The notes beneath the pieces are model-generated. The model saw only the letters and a program-made list of their open reading frames with translations. It did no database searches and was not told the DNA's origin. This document shows positions 26,136 to 37,536 of a stretch of 41,122 bases of DNA, in pieces. The stretch comes from Paracoccaceae bacterium (lineage in GTDB: Bacteria > Pseudomonadota > Alphaproteobacteria > Rhodobacterales > Rhodobacteraceae). A program made the translations under genes and the position numbers. The stretch spans positions 1-41,122 of the forward strand of contig SKMI01000134.1 of NCBI GenBank assembly GCA_007121115.1, read 5' to 3'. How positions within the stretch are numbered: the stretch's first letter is position 1; the number at the start of each line of letters is the position of its first letter.

Positions 26136-27062
26136 GTGTTGACACGGGCAGCGCTGGTCACGGGGGCGGGCGGGTTCATCGGCGCGGCGCTGGCCGAACG
26201 GCTGGTGGCCGCGGGTTGGGAGGTCCACGCCACCGACGCGGCCTTTGACGCGCCCACCCGCGCGCGGCTGAAGGGTGCGCGGCTGACCGAGGCGCCGTTG
26301 CAGACGGCGCTGGCGGATATGGGCGCGCTGCGCCCTGCTGCGGTTGTCCACGCTGCTGCCGTCACCGCCAGCCCGGCAGAGCTTGGCCAGAGCCGCGCCG
26401 CGCATGTCTGCGCGAACAGCGCGCTGACGCTCGCCGCGTTGGAGTGGGCGCGGGCGGCGGGGGCAGGGCGGTTCGTGTTCCTGTCGTCCTCGGGCGTGTT
26501 CGGAGACGCCGCGCCCGGTATGACGGCGGTGGATGAGCGGAGCCCCGCGACCGCGAGCGACCCCTATTCCGCCGCCAAGCGCGCGGGCGAGATCCTGCTG
26601 GCGGGGGCCGCCGAACCGGGGTTCGAAACGCTCTCGCTGCGCCTGGGTCCGGTGTTCGGCCCGCATGAGGCCGCACGCCCGTCGCGCCCGCGCCTGAGCC
26701 TTGTGGCGCGCATGATCGCAGAGGCGCGCGCCCATCGCACCATCACCCTGACCACGCCCGAGGCGCGGCGCGACTGGACCTTCCTGCCGGACCTCGCCCG
26801 CGCGGTGGCGGCGCTGCTGACGCAAGAAGCGGTGCAGGGGCTGTTGCACCTCACCTCGGGGCAGGTGCTGAGCGACCGGGCGCTGGCCGAGGCCATTGCG
26901 GCGCTGATGCCGGGCGCGAAGGTGATCGGCGCGCCGGACGCGTCCGCCCCGCCGCCCCGTCCGCCGATGGTCAGCGCTGCGCCACTGCCGGACATGCGCT
27001 GGACCGACCTCGCCACCGCACTGCGCTCGATCCTCCAGCCGCAGGGAGAGCCTGCCGCATGA
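26136..27062 (+). CDS. NAD-dependent epimerase/dehydratase (extended SDR)
   Basis: TGAGGFIG, VHAAA, FLSSSGVFG, YSAAK (YxxxK), LRLGPVFGP, RDWT. Confidence 0.88.
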   Translation: MLTRAALVTGAGGFIGAALAERLVAAGWEVHATDAAFDAPTRARLKGARLTEAPLQTALADMGALRPAAVVHAAAVTASPAELGQSRAAHVCANSALTLAALEWARAAGAGRFVFLSSSGVFGDAAPGMTAVDERSPATASDPYSAAKRAGEILLAGAAEPGFETLSLRLGPVFGPHEAARPSRPRLSLVARMIAEARAHRTITLTTPEARRDWTFLPDLARAVAALLTQEAVQGLLHLTSGQVLSDRALAEAIAALMPGAKVIGAPDASAPPPRPPMVSAAPLPDMRWTDLATALRSILQPQGEPAA

Positions 27063-28108
27063 GCGACGCGCCTATCTCCATCGCCGTGATCGGGCTGGGC
27101 GCGCGGGCGCGCATCTGGTTGCAGGTGATCCACGAAAACCCCGATCTGCGCCTCGCCGCGCTCTGTGATCCGAACCCCGAAGCCCGCGCCACCACCGCCG
27201 CGCGCTTCAACGGCGTCCCCTGCGTCGCCACGCTGCCCGAAGCGCTGGCCCACCGCCCGGAGGCCGTGCTGCTCTGCACCCCGCCGGTGGACCGCGCCGC
27301 GCAGGTCGCCGCCTGCGCCCGCGCGGGCGCGGCGATCCTGGCCGAAAAGCCGCTGGCCGACACGCTGGAGGAAGCCGCACGCTGCGTGCGGCTGGCCGAG
27401 GATGCGGGCGTTATGCTGATCGTCGGGCTGAATTTCCGCTACCTGGCGGTCACGCAGGCCAAGCGCGCGCTCTTGCGTGACGGCACCGTGGGGCGGCCCG
27501 AATTCGGCCGGTTCCTCTATGAACGCTGGCGCGATGGCACGCAGCCGCATCTGAACAAGTATCCGCTGACCATGGCGCACCCGATGCTATGGGAGCAGTC
27601 GATCCACCATTTCGACCTGATGCGCCATGTCTACGGCACCGATGCGCGCCGGGTGATGGCCGACACCTTCAACCCAAGCTGGTCGCATTACGTAGGCGAC
27701 ACCAATGTCGCCGCGCTCTTCGAGTTCGCAAACGGGATGCGGCTGACCTATCAGGGCACCTGGCAGGGCGGGCTGGACCGGCTGGATTTCGACTGGCGCA
27801 CCGACTGCACCGAAGGGGTGGTCGCGCAATGCGACATGTTCGGCGACCTGCGCGCGGCGCGCCGCGCCGAGGGTGCGCTGGCCCCCGTGCCGCTGCCCGA
27901 CCGGCGCGCGTGGCTCGATGATGCGGCGTCGCTGCTGGCGTCCTTCGTGGCCACCCTGCGCGGCACCGCGCCGCCTGAATGCACCGGGCGCGACCATCTG
28001 CACTCGCTCGCGATGGTCGAAGCCTGCATCGCCGCCTCCGCCCGCCGCGAACCGGTGTGGCTGGAGGAATTCGCGGCGCTCACCCTCACCGAAAAGGAGC
28101 AGACATGA
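27059..28108 (+). CDS. Gfo/Idh/MocA family oxidoreductase
   Basis: IAVIGLGAR, CTPP, AEKPLA, GLNFRY, EQSIHHFDL. Confidence 0.9.
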   Translation: MSDAPISIAVIGLGARARIWLQVIHENPDLRLAALCDPNPEARATTAARFNGVPCVATLPEALAHRPEAVLLCTPPVDRAAQVAACARAGAAILAEKPLADTLEEAARCVRLAEDAGVMLIVGLNFRYLAVTQAKRALLRDGTVGRPEFGRFLYERWRDGTQPHLNKYPLTMAHPMLWEQSIHHFDLMRHVYGTDARRVMADTFNPSWSHYVGDTNVAALFEFANGMRLTYQGTWQGGLDRLDFDWRTDCTEGVVAQCDMFGDLRAARRAEGALAPVPLPDRRAWLDDAASLLASFVATLRGTAPPECTGRDHLHSLAMVEACIAASARREPVWLEEFAALTLTEKEQT

Positions 28109-29190
28109 TCAAGGTTGGTATCATCGGAGCCAGTTTCGCCCGCGACGCCTATCTGCCGGCGCTGGCGCATATCGACGGCACGCAGGTGGTGGCGCTGGCC
28201 TCGGGGCGGCTGGAAAGCGCGCAGAAGGCCGCCGCGCCGCACGGGATCGAACACGTCTACAACGACTGGCGCACGATGCTGGCCACGCACCGCCCGGATC
28301 TGGTCTGCATCGCCACGCCCACCGTGCTGCACAAGCCCATGGTGCTGGCCGCGCTGGAGCACGGCGCGCATGTGCTGTGCGAAAAGCCCACCGCCATGAA
28401 CGCGGCGGAAGCGCGCGAGATGCTGGCGGCCGCGCGCGCGGCGGGGCGGCTGCACATGATCGATCATGAGCTGCGCTTCAACCCCAACCGCGCGCGCATC
28501 GCCGAGCTGATCGGCGACGGCACGCTGGGCGAGATCCGGCACATCAACATCACCAATATCGGCGCCTCCTGGAATGACCCGGCCAGCCGGCCCAAGGGCG
28601 ACTGGTGGTCGGACGCGTCGCAGGGCGGGGGGCGGCTGGGCGCCAACGGCTCACATCAGGTAGACATGCTGCGCTGGTGGCTGGGCGAGCCTGCCAGCGT
28701 GATCGGGCAGGCGCTGACCATGGTGCCCGACCGCGTGGACCCGAAAACCGGCGAGGGCTGGACCGCGACCTCGGACGACCTGTCGCATTTCACGCTGCAG
28801 ATGCCATCGGGCGCGCTGGCTCAGGTGTTCATGTCCGGCGTGGCGGCGACGAACGAGGGCAACCACATGCGCATCTTTGGCTCCAGGGCCACGCTGACGC
28901 TGAACAACAACGACGAACGGATGTGGCTGCAGAAGTCGGGCGAGAAGGCGGCGACCGAGATCACCGTCCCGGACCCCAAGGCCGAGATGCCGGGGCTGAA
29001 CAAGGGGATCTGGAACGTCTCGGTGCTGGGCGTGCTGCGCGAGTTCTGCGCGGCCATCGCCGAAGGGCGCGAATTGAAAGCGGGTGCGACCTTCGTGGAC
29101 GGGCTGCGCAACCAGATGGTGCTGGACGCGGTGGTCGCCTCGACCACCAGCCGCAGGTGGGAGGATCTGGATTTCTCGGGGGCTTCGTGA
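28105..29190 (+). CDS. Gfo/Idh/MocA family oxidoreductase
   Basis: ATG 28105 after AAGGAG. KVGIIGAS, IATP..LH, CEKP, HELRFNP, GGG.LGANGSHQVD. Confidence 0.92.
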   Translation: MIKVGIIGASFARDAYLPALAHIDGTQVVALASGRLESAQKAAAPHGIEHVYNDWRTMLATHRPDLVCIATPTVLHKPMVLAALEHGAHVLCEKPTAMNAAEAREMLAAARAAGRLHMIDHELRFNPNRARIAELIGDGTLGEIRHINITNIGASWNDPASRPKGDWWSDASQGGGRLGANGSHQVDMLRWWLGEPASVIGQALTMVPDRVDPKTGEGWTATSDDLSHFTLQMPSGALAQVFMSGVAATNEGNHMRIFGSRATLTLNNNDERMWLQKSGEKAATEITVPDPKAEMPGLNKGIWNVSVLGVLREFCAAIAEGRELKAGATFVDGLRNQMVLDAVVASTTSRRWEDLDFSGAS

Positions 29191-29912
29191 TGGGCGCGCC
29201 GCTTTCCGGGCAGCGCGTGCTGATCACTGGCGCGGCGGCAGGGCTGGGTGCGGCGCTGGCGCGGGCCTTTGCAGACCGAGGTGCGTCGCTGGTGCTGATG
29301 GACCGGGACGAAGGCGCGCTGGCCGCGCTGGGGGCGGAAACCGGCGCGTACTGCCTGCCCGTCGATCTGGCCGATGCGACGGCGACCGAGGCGGCGATTG
29401 CCGATATGCTGGCGGCATCCCCGCGCATCGACACGCTGATCCACAACGCCGCGATCCTGGTGCCACAGCCCTTGGCAGACCTCGACCTGCCGATGTTCCG
29501 CGCCACGCTGGATGTGGGCATCACCGCGGGCTACCTGCTGGCCCGCGCGGTGCTGCCGTCCATGCGGGACCATGGCGGGGCGATTATCTTCGTGTCCTCG
29601 CAGTCCGGCATCAAGGGCTTCGCGGACGAGACTGCGTATTGCGCCGCGAAACACGCGCTCGAAGGGTTCATGAAGTCGCTGGCGCTTGAGGAACCGGGGT
29701 TCGTGTCCTGCACCATTACGCCAGGGCACGCCATGCGCACGCCCATGTCCGAGGCGAACTATCCAGATGACCTGAAAGCCAAATGGATCGACCCGGCGCG
29801 GCTGGCGCCGGCCTTCCTGCATATCGCCGAAACCCGTGATCCCACCCTGAGCGGCGCGCGCCTGAACGCGTGGGAGATCGCGCAAACCCTGAAAGGACCC
29901 GCCCATGCCTGA
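29190..29912 (+). CDS. Short-chain dehydrogenase/reductase (classical SDR)
   Basis: TGATG overlap with the upstream gene. ITGAAAGLG, HNAA, VSS, YCAAK, ITPG. Confidence 0.9.
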   Translation: MGAPLSGQRVLITGAAAGLGAALARAFADRGASLVLMDRDEGALAALGAETGAYCLPVDLADATATEAAIADMLAASPRIDTLIHNAAILVPQPLADLDLPMFRATLDVGITAGYLLARAVLPSMRDHGGAIIFVSSQSGIKGFADETAYCAAKHALEGFMKSLALEEPGFVSCTITPGHAMRTPMSEANYPDDLKAKWIDPARLAPAFLHIAETRDPTLSGARLNAWEIAQTLKGPAHA

Positions 29913-31293
29913 CGGAACCCCCGCCATCACGCCCGAGATGCAGGCGATCTATGACCATATCGACGCCCATGCCGATGAATACGTCGCCGACCTGCAGCGC
30001 TTCGTGCAGCAGCCCTCGGTCTCGGCGCAGGATATCGGGCTGCGCGAATGCGCCGATCTGGTGGTCGAGATGATGCACGCCGACGGGCTGCCTGCCGACC
30101 AACACGAACTGGCCGCCGGGCCGCCGGTGATCTTTGGTCAGATCCCCTCGGCCCGGTCGAAGAAGACGCTGCTGTGCTATTCCCATTATGACGTGCAGCC
30201 GCCCGAACCGATCGAGGCCTGGACCCATGGCGGGCCGTGGTCGGGCGAGGTGGTGGACGGGGTGCTCTATGGGCGCGGGGCGACCGACAACAAATCCGGC
30301 GTGCTGGCCTTCAACAAGGCCGCGCAGGCGTTCCTGCGCGTGCGGGGCGAGGTGCCGGTGGGGCTGAAGTTCATCATCGAGGGTGAGGAGGAGATCGGCA
30401 GCCCGAACCTGGGCGAATGGGCATCGCGGAACAAGGAATTGCTGGCCGCCGACGGGATGCATTGCCTGGACGGGTCGGTCGAGATCGGCCCCGAGGTGCC
30501 GGATGTGTCGCTGGGGCTGAAGTCCATCCTGTTCGTGGAGCTGGTCGCGCGCGGGCCGCGCACGGATGTGCATTCGCTGAACTTCCCGCTGGTGGCGAGC
30601 CCGGTCTGGGACCTGATCCACGCGCTGGGCACGATCATGGACCGCGACCGCAACATCCTGATCGAGGACTGGGCCGAGGGCATCTATGTCCCCGATGCCG
30701 AGGACGAGGGCTATCTGGCGGACAAGGCGTCACGCATCGATTTCGACCTGTTGCGCGCCGATCTGGGGGTGGATGAGTTCGTGCTGGGCCGCGACGGCGT
30801 GGACGCACTGCGCGCACGCACCTATGAGCCGACGGCGAATATTCAGGGCATCATCGCGGGCTACACCGGAAAGGGGACCAAGACGATTGTCCCGGCGGAA
30901 GCGCGCGTGCGGCTGGATTTCCGACTGATCCCGCACATGCAGCCCGATGTGGCGGCGCGGAAGCTGCGCGCGCATCTGGAAAAGCACGGGTTCGACAGCA
31001 TCGAGGTGCGCACGTTCGAGCGTGCAGAGGAGCCCTACAAGATCTCGGCCCGCGAGGATATCAGCCAGTCGATCATCGCCGCCGCGCACGAGGTCTATGG
31101 CGAGCCGCCCATCGTCAACGGCGTCTCGGCCGAGGGCGCGATCCTGCGCCATGTCTGGATCCCCTGCGTGCTGACGGGGTTCGCCAACCCCGGCTGCAAT
31201 CTGCACGCCCCGGACGAGAACATCCGCGTGTCCGAGTATATCAAGGGCATCAAGTATGCCGCCGCGATCATGGAGCATTTCGGCCGGTCGTGA
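29905..31293 (+). CDS. M20/M25/M40 family metallohydrolase (dipeptidase-like)
   Basis: SHYDVQPP, GRGATDNKS, EGEEEIGS, DVHS, KTIVP, NLHAPDEN. Confidence 0.92.
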   Translation: MPDGTPAITPEMQAIYDHIDAHADEYVADLQRFVQQPSVSAQDIGLRECADLVVEMMHADGLPADQHELAAGPPVIFGQIPSARSKKTLLCYSHYDVQPPEPIEAWTHGGPWSGEVVDGVLYGRGATDNKSGVLAFNKAAQAFLRVRGEVPVGLKFIIEGEEEIGSPNLGEWASRNKELLAADGMHCLDGSVEIGPEVPDVSLGLKSILFVELVARGPRTDVHSLNFPLVASPVWDLIHALGTIMDRDRNILIEDWAEGIYVPDAEDEGYLADKASRIDFDLLRADLGVDEFVLGRDGVDALRARTYEPTANIQGIIAGYTGKGTKTIVPAEARVRLDFRLIPHMQPDVAARKLRAHLEKHGFDSIEVRTFERAEEPYKISAREDISQSIIAAAHEVYGEPPIVNGVSAEGAILRHVWIPCVLTGFANPGCNLHAPDENIRVSEYIKGIKYAAAIMEHFGRS

Positions 31294-31340
31294 GCGGTGG
31301 AAAGCGTCTGCCTTGGGCGAGCGCGCTTGGTTGAGGCATA

Positions 31341-31389
31341 GAAGCGCCTTCGGGCCGCGCCCACCCACCCTGCGCGACCGGACGGCGCT
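31341..31389. repeat. Imperfect palindrome between convergent operons, related to the 26041 element
   Basis: GAAGCGCCTTCGGGCCGCGC...GCGCGACCGGACGGCGCT; the left arm resembles AAGCGCCCTCGGG at 26042. Confidence 0.4.
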
Positions 31390-31431
31390 GCCTGCGCGAG
31401 ACGCGCAGGCAGCGCCGTATGCCAGGCGGGG

Positions 31432-32414
31432 TTACTTGGTGAACAGGCAGGCGCTGGCGTGGCCGGGGCCGAGTTTGTTCAGCGTCGGCACGGTCTGGGC
31501 GCATTCGGGCTTGGCCACCGGGCAGCGGGTGCGGAACACACAGCCCGAGGGCGGGTCGATGGGGCTGGGAATGTCGCCCTTCAGCCGCGTGCGCTTGTGG
31601 CGCAGGCGCGGGTGCGCCACCGGGACCGCCGAGAGGAGAGCCTGCGTATAGGGGTGGCGCGGGCGGGAATAGAGTTCGGCGGCGGGCGCGATCTCCATCA
31701 CCTTGCCCAGATACATCACCACCACCCGGTCGCAGATATGTTCGATCACGCCCAGATCATGGGCGATGAACAGCAGGGTCAGGTTGAACTCTTCCTTCAG
31801 ATCCTCGAGGAGGTTTATCACCTGCGCCTGGATCGACACGTCGAGCGCCGAGACGGGTTCGTCGGCGACGATGAATTCGGGCTCCACCGCCAGCGCCCGG
31901 GCGATGCCGATGCGCTGGCGCTGCCCGCCCGAGAATTCGTGCGGGAAGCGGTCCAGGTGATCCTCGCTCAGCCCGACCTTCTGCAGGAGCGTCGCCGCGC
32001 GTTGGATCCGCTCCGAGGGCGTGCCGATGTTGTGCAGCTTCAGGGGATGGGTCAGCACCTCGCCGATCTTCTCGCGCGGGTTGAGGCTGGCGTAGGGGTC
32101 CTGGAAGACGATCTGCATCTGCTTGCGCAGGCTGCGCATCCGGGCCGGGTTGGCGGCCATGATGTCCTCGCCGCGAAAGCGCACCGCGCCCTCGGTGGCC
32201 TCTTCCAGCCGCAGCACGGTGCGCCCGACCGTGGTCTTGCCCGACCCCGATTCGCCGACAAGGCCCAGCACCTCGCCCCGCTGGACCTGGAAGGAGACGT
32301 CATCCACCGCCTTGACACTGTTGACCACGCGCCGCAGCACGCCGCCACGAATGGGGAAATGTTTGCGCAGGTTTTCGACCTCGAGCAGCGTTTCGGGGAG
32401 CAGCGTTTCGGGCA

Positions 32415-32418
<4 letters not shown>
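31432..32418 (-). CDS. Oligopeptide/dipeptide ABC transporter ATP-binding protein (OppF/DppF-like)
   Basis: [41 protein letters not shown]-terminal C.F..RC...C...C. Confidence 0.95.
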
Positions 32419-33443
<1,025 letters not shown>

Positions 33444-33621
33444 CGAGGGTTCCTTCGGTTGCGACCGCCCTGGCGACGGCGTCGCCCGCGCGTCAGTTCG
33501 GCCTGTGTGCACGTTTTGCGGGCGCATCTTGTGCCATCGCGGGGCCGGGGCAAGGGGGGTAGGGCGATTTCATCATTTGCGTGCTTGACGGGGCGACAGG
33601 CGGCATGGTTGTATCGGTCTA

Positions 33622-33632
33622 CTGTCGACAAT
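33622..33632. promoter_or_regulatory. Putative GntR/FadR operator, site 2 (divergent ABC promoters)
   Basis: CTGTCGACAAT, between TTGACG (33585, +) and TTGACA (33669, -). Confidence 0.7.
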
Positions 33633-33822
33633 ATCCCGAAGCTTGGGGCAACAGGTCGACGCTTGTCAAGCGCCCGCCCGTAATGGGTGCCGAAAAAAGG
33701 AAATGCCGGATGAGGAGCACGTCACCTGCGCGCGTTTCCGTCGCAACCGGTGTCGCAGTCGTCCCGCTGCGGATGGCCAACTTGCAGCCTCACCGTCCGT
33801 CACCAACAGGAGACCAAGAGAA

Positions 33823-35379
33823 ATGACCCGCATCAGAACGCTGCTCATGGCGTCGGCGGCCCTGTCGCTGCCCGCTGTGGCATCGGCGCAGGCGCCCGAA
33901 AACACGATCGTCACCGCGCTGAGTGCCGACATCACCACCTTCGACATCGCGCAGGTGTCCGAGCGCGGCAACTCCAACATAATGCGCCATATCTTCGCCA
34001 CGCTGGAAACCACCCAGCCCGATGGCAGCATCGCGCCCGACGTGGCCGAGAGCCTGGAAATCACCGAGGATGGCACCGGCTACATCTACACGCTGCACGA
34101 GGGGCTGACCTGCCACGACGGCGAATCGCTGATGGCCGAGGATGTCGCCTATACCTTCAATCGCGCGGCCGACCCGGACAATGGGTTCACCGGCAACGTG
34201 CCGGGCTTCCTGTTCTCGGGGATGCAGTTCATGGGCGCCGAGGCGCTGGACGACCTGCGCGTGCAGATCAACATCCGCACCCCGAACCCCATCGCGCGCG
34301 GTCTGATCGCCGAGGTGATGGTCCACTGCAAGGACGCCTACGAGGCGATGTCCATCGACGAGGCCGGGCAGAACCCCGTCGGTTCCGGGCGCTATCAGAT
34401 GGTCGAATGGGATCGCGGCTCTTCGGTGACGCTGGAGCGTGTGGCGGACGAATCCGAGGCGCCGGTCGAGCGGCTGGTGTTCCGGATCATCCCCGAATCC
34501 TCGACCCGGACGGCGGAACTTCTGGCGGGCAACATCGACCTGGTCACCAACGTGCCGCCCGACCAGCTGGACGTGATCGACAACAACCCCAACACCGAGG
34601 TCTATATCGCGCAGGGCCTGCGCCGCATCTATGTGGGCTTCAACCTGAGCGATGACTTTGCCGCCATGCCCGGCGGTGATGCGATCCAGGACCCGATGGT
34701 GCGCCGCGCGCTGCAATACGCGGTGGACGTGCCCAGCATCTGCACGCAGCTTCTGAACTTCGAATGCGAGCGCGCGACCGGGCTGGTCAACCCGCCGCAC
34801 AATCACCCCGATATCGAACCCTATCCCTATGATCCCGAAACCGCCGAGGCCATGCTGGACGAAGCCGGCTGGGAGCGCGGCGAGGATGGCACGCGGTTTT
34901 CGATCCGCTTCCAGGCCGGGCGTGACCGCTACCTCAATGACGTGAACGTGGTGCAGGCGATCACCCAGATGCTGCAGGACGTGGGCGTCGATGTGGAGCT
35001 GCAGATCCTCGACTGGGCCAGCGGGTTCGTGCCGCTGGTGCGCGAGCGTAACGCCGGGCCGCTCTACTTCCTGGGTTCCGGCGGCAACATCTGGAGCGAG
35101 TTCATCGACATGAACGACCTCAACTCGGTCGATGCGGGCACCAACTACACCCACTGGGACGATCCGCGCTGGTTCGACGGCTGGGAAGTGATCCGTGATC
35201 CGAGCGCCAGCCCCGAGGAGATCGAGGAAACGCGTCTGGAAATGCTGCGCGTCTTCTACGAAGATGGGCCGTGGCTGCACCTCTACTCGCAGCCCGATTT
35301 CTACGCGATGAGCGACCGGCTGAACTTCACACCGCGCCAGGACGAGCGCGTGTATCTGTGGACGGCGACGCTGGACTGA
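33823..35379 (+). CDS. ABC transporter substrate-binding protein, family 5 (peptide/opine/nickel), copy 1
   Basis: ATG 33823 after AGGAG; Sec signal ending ASA/Q; HDG...AEDV.YTF.R, PVGSGRY, VRRALQYAVD, A.AMLDEAGW. Confidence 0.93.
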   Translation: MTRIRTLLMASAALSLPAVASAQAPENTIVTALSADITTFDIAQVSERGNSNIMRHIFATLETTQPDGSIAPDVAESLEITEDGTGYIYTLHEGLTCHDGESLMAEDVAYTFNRAADPDNGFTGNVPGFLFSGMQFMGAEALDDLRVQINIRTPNPIARGLIAEVMVHCKDAYEAMSIDEAGQNPVGSGRYQMVEWDRGSSVTLERVADESEAPVERLVFRIIPESSTRTAELLAGNIDLVTNVPPDQLDVIDNNPNTEVYIAQGLRRIYVGFNLSDDFAAMPGGDAIQDPMVRRALQYAVDVPSICTQLLNFECERATGLVNPPHNHPDIEPYPYDPETAEAMLDEAGWERGEDGTRFSIRFQAGRDRYLNDVNVVQAITQMLQDVGVDVELQILDWASGFVPLVRERNAGPLYFLGSGGNIWSEFIDMNDLNSVDAGTNYTHWDDPRWFDGWEVIRDPSASPEEIEETRLEMLRVFYEDGPWLHLYSQPDFYAMSDRLNFTPRQDERVYLWTATLD

Positions 35380-35518
35380 CCGGCGCCGACCATCCGGTGC
35401 GACCGGCGGGAGCGCCGTCGCCGCGCCGGGCGAACAACGGGGGCGCCGGGGTTGCCGGCGCTTCCGCCCCTCTTGCAACGCCCCGCATCCTGTGGATGCG
35501 CGTGCACGGGTCAGACTC

Positions 35519-36493
35519 ATGTGGACATTCCTGCTCCGGCGCCTCTGGCAAAGCGTGATCGTGCTGATCGGGGTGACCCTGATCAGTTTCATCGCGCTGC
35601 AGATCGGCGGCGATCCGACTTATCTGTTCGTCTCGGAAAACGCGAGCACCGAGGAAATCGAGCGCGCCCGGCGCGTGCTGGGTTTCGACCGGCCGCTGCA
35701 TGTGCAGTACCTGTCCTATGTCTGGGACGTGATGCGGCTGGACTTCGGCACCTCGCTGACCTTTCGCCAACCGGCGATGGACGTGGTGCTGGCCGCGCTG
35801 CCCGCGAGCATAGAACTCACGCTCTTCTCGCTGATCCTGGCGATCGTTATCTCCATCCCGCTGGGCATCGTCTCGGCGCTCTATCGCGGCAAGCCTGTGG
35901 ATGGCGGGATCATGACCTTCGCCATGATCGGCCAGTCGATCCCCAACTTCTGGATGGGGATCATGATGATCATGTTCTTCGGGCTGTATCTGTCCTGGTT
36001 CCCGATCTCGGGGCATGTGCCGTTCCTGCGCCCGCTGTTTCACGGCGATTTCGCGCGTGCATTCGGCAATCTGCCGCAGACGCTGCATTACCTGATCATG
36101 CCCGCGCTGGCGGTCGGCTCCTACACGCTGGCGCGCAACGCGCGGCTGGTGCGGTCTTCGATGCTGGAGGTGCTGCAGCAGGATTACGTGCGCACCGCGC
36201 GGTCCAAGGGGATTTCGGAAACCCGCGTCATCATCCATCACGCGCTGCGCAACGCGTGGCTGCCGGTGGTCACCATGATCGGGCTGGAATTCGGCTTCGT
36301 GCTGGGCGGCGTGGTGGTGGTGGAGACGGTGTTTTCCTACCCCGGGGTGGGGCGGCTGGTGTTCAACGCCATCAACCAGCGCGACATTCCGGTGGTGCAG
36401 GCGGCGGTGATCGTCATCGCGCTGATCTTCATTCTTCTGAACCTGATCGTCGATCTGATCTATGCGCGGCTGGATCCGCGCGTGAAACTCTGA
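35519..36493 (+). CDS. ABC transporter permease (OppB/DppB-like)
   Basis: MWTFLLRRL, LGFDRPLHVQY, DFGTS, SIPNFW, RSSMLEVLQQDYVRTARSKG, HALRNA, VVETVFSYPGVG. Confidence 0.95.
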   Translation: MWTFLLRRLWQSVIVLIGVTLISFIALQIGGDPTYLFVSENASTEEIERARRVLGFDRPLHVQYLSYVWDVMRLDFGTSLTFRQPAMDVVLAALPASIELTLFSLILAIVISIPLGIVSALYRGKPVDGGIMTFAMIGQSIPNFWMGIMMIMFFGLYLSWFPISGHVPFLRPLFHGDFARAFGNLPQTLHYLIMPALAVGSYTLARNARLVRSSMLEVLQQDYVRTARSKGISETRVIIHHALRNAWLPVVTMIGLEFGFVLGGVVVVETVFSYPGVGRLVFNAINQRDIPVVQAAVIVIALIFILLNLIVDLIYARLDPRVKL

Positions 36494-36509
36494 ACCCGGG
36501 GGTCACCGC

Positions 36510-37460
36510 ATGGCACTGCCCACCGAAAGCCCGCCCACTGGCGCCACCACCGCCCACATGCCGGACGCGCAATTGCCGCCGGCACCGACCTGGCGGCGCG
36601 AGTTGCGCCGGGCCTGGATCAGCATGGTGGCCAGCCGCTGGGCTCTGTTCGGGCTGATTATCCTACTGATCGCGATCATCGTGGGTATATTCGGGCCCGC
36701 GCTTGCGCCGTTTGACCCCAACCGCCAGAACATCATGCTGCGCCTTGTCGAACCCGGCGGAGCGGGGCCGGGCGGGGCGGTCTACTGGATGGGCTCGGAT
36801 TCGCTTGGGCGCGATGTGTTCTCGCGGCTGCTCTATGGCGCGCGGGTGTCGCTGCTGGTGGGGTTTGCCGCCATCGCCGTGGGTGGGACCATCGGCATCA
36901 TCGCCGGGCTGCTGTCGGGGTATTTCGGCGGCTGGGTGGATGACATCATCATGCGGCTGGGCGATATCCAGCTGGCGTTTCCCTTCATCCTGCTGGCGAT
37001 CATGTTCCTTGTGGTGCTGGGGCCGGGGTTGATGAACATCATCCTGGTCCTCGGGATCGGGCAATGGATCACCTATGCCCGGATCGTCCGGGCCGAAACG
37101 CTGAGCCTGCGCGAGAAGGAATATGTCGAAGCCGCCCGCGCCATGGGCGACAGTACCGTGTCGATCATGTTTCGCACCATCCTGCCCAACATCATGGCGC
37201 CGCTGACGGTGATCGCGTCCTTCAACGTGGCCAGCGTCATCCTGTCCGAGGCGGCGCTGTCCTTCCTGGGCCTGGGCGTGCCGCCGAACGTGCCCACCTG
37301 GGGCAGCATGCTGGCGGAAAGCCGCGAGCATCTGCTGTCGAACCGCTGGTGGCTGGCGATCTTCCCCGGCATGGCGATCGTCTTTGTGGTGCTGGCCTTC
37401 AATATCATGGGCGACTGGCTGCGCGATCATCTGGACCCACGGCTGCGCGAGCAGGGATAA
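36510..37460 (+). CDS. ABC transporter permease (OppC/DppC-like)
   Basis: GSDSLGRDVFSRLLYGARVSL, AFPFILLA, EYVEAARAMG, EAALSFLGLG, WGSML, GDWLRD.LDPR. Confidence 0.95.
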   Translation: MALPTESPPTGATTAHMPDAQLPPAPTWRRELRRAWISMVASRWALFGLIILLIAIIVGIFGPALAPFDPNRQNIMLRLVEPGGAGPGGAVYWMGSDSLGRDVFSRLLYGARVSLLVGFAAIAVGGTIGIIAGLLSGYFGGWVDDIIMRLGDIQLAFPFILLAIMFLVVLGPGLMNIILVLGIGQWITYARIVRAETLSLREKEYVEAARAMGDSTVSIMFRTILPNIMAPLTVIASFNVASVILSEAALSFLGLGVPPNVPTWGSMLAESREHLLSNRWWLAIFPGMAIVFVVLAFNIMGDWLRDHLDPRLREQG

Positions 37461-37492
37461 ACCCTTCGCGGGCGCGCCGGTCAGGGAAATCC

Positions 37493-37536
37493 TTGACAAG
37501 CGGGCGTCGGCTGCGCACTCTGACGATTGTCGACAA
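37493..37536 (+). promoter_or_regulatory. Promoter and putative autoregulatory operator (site 3) of the gntR-SBP2-M14 unit
   Basis: TTGACA at 37493-37498, 17 bp spacer to CACTCT, then the perfect palindrome TTGTCGACAA at 37527-37536. Confidence 0.72.
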
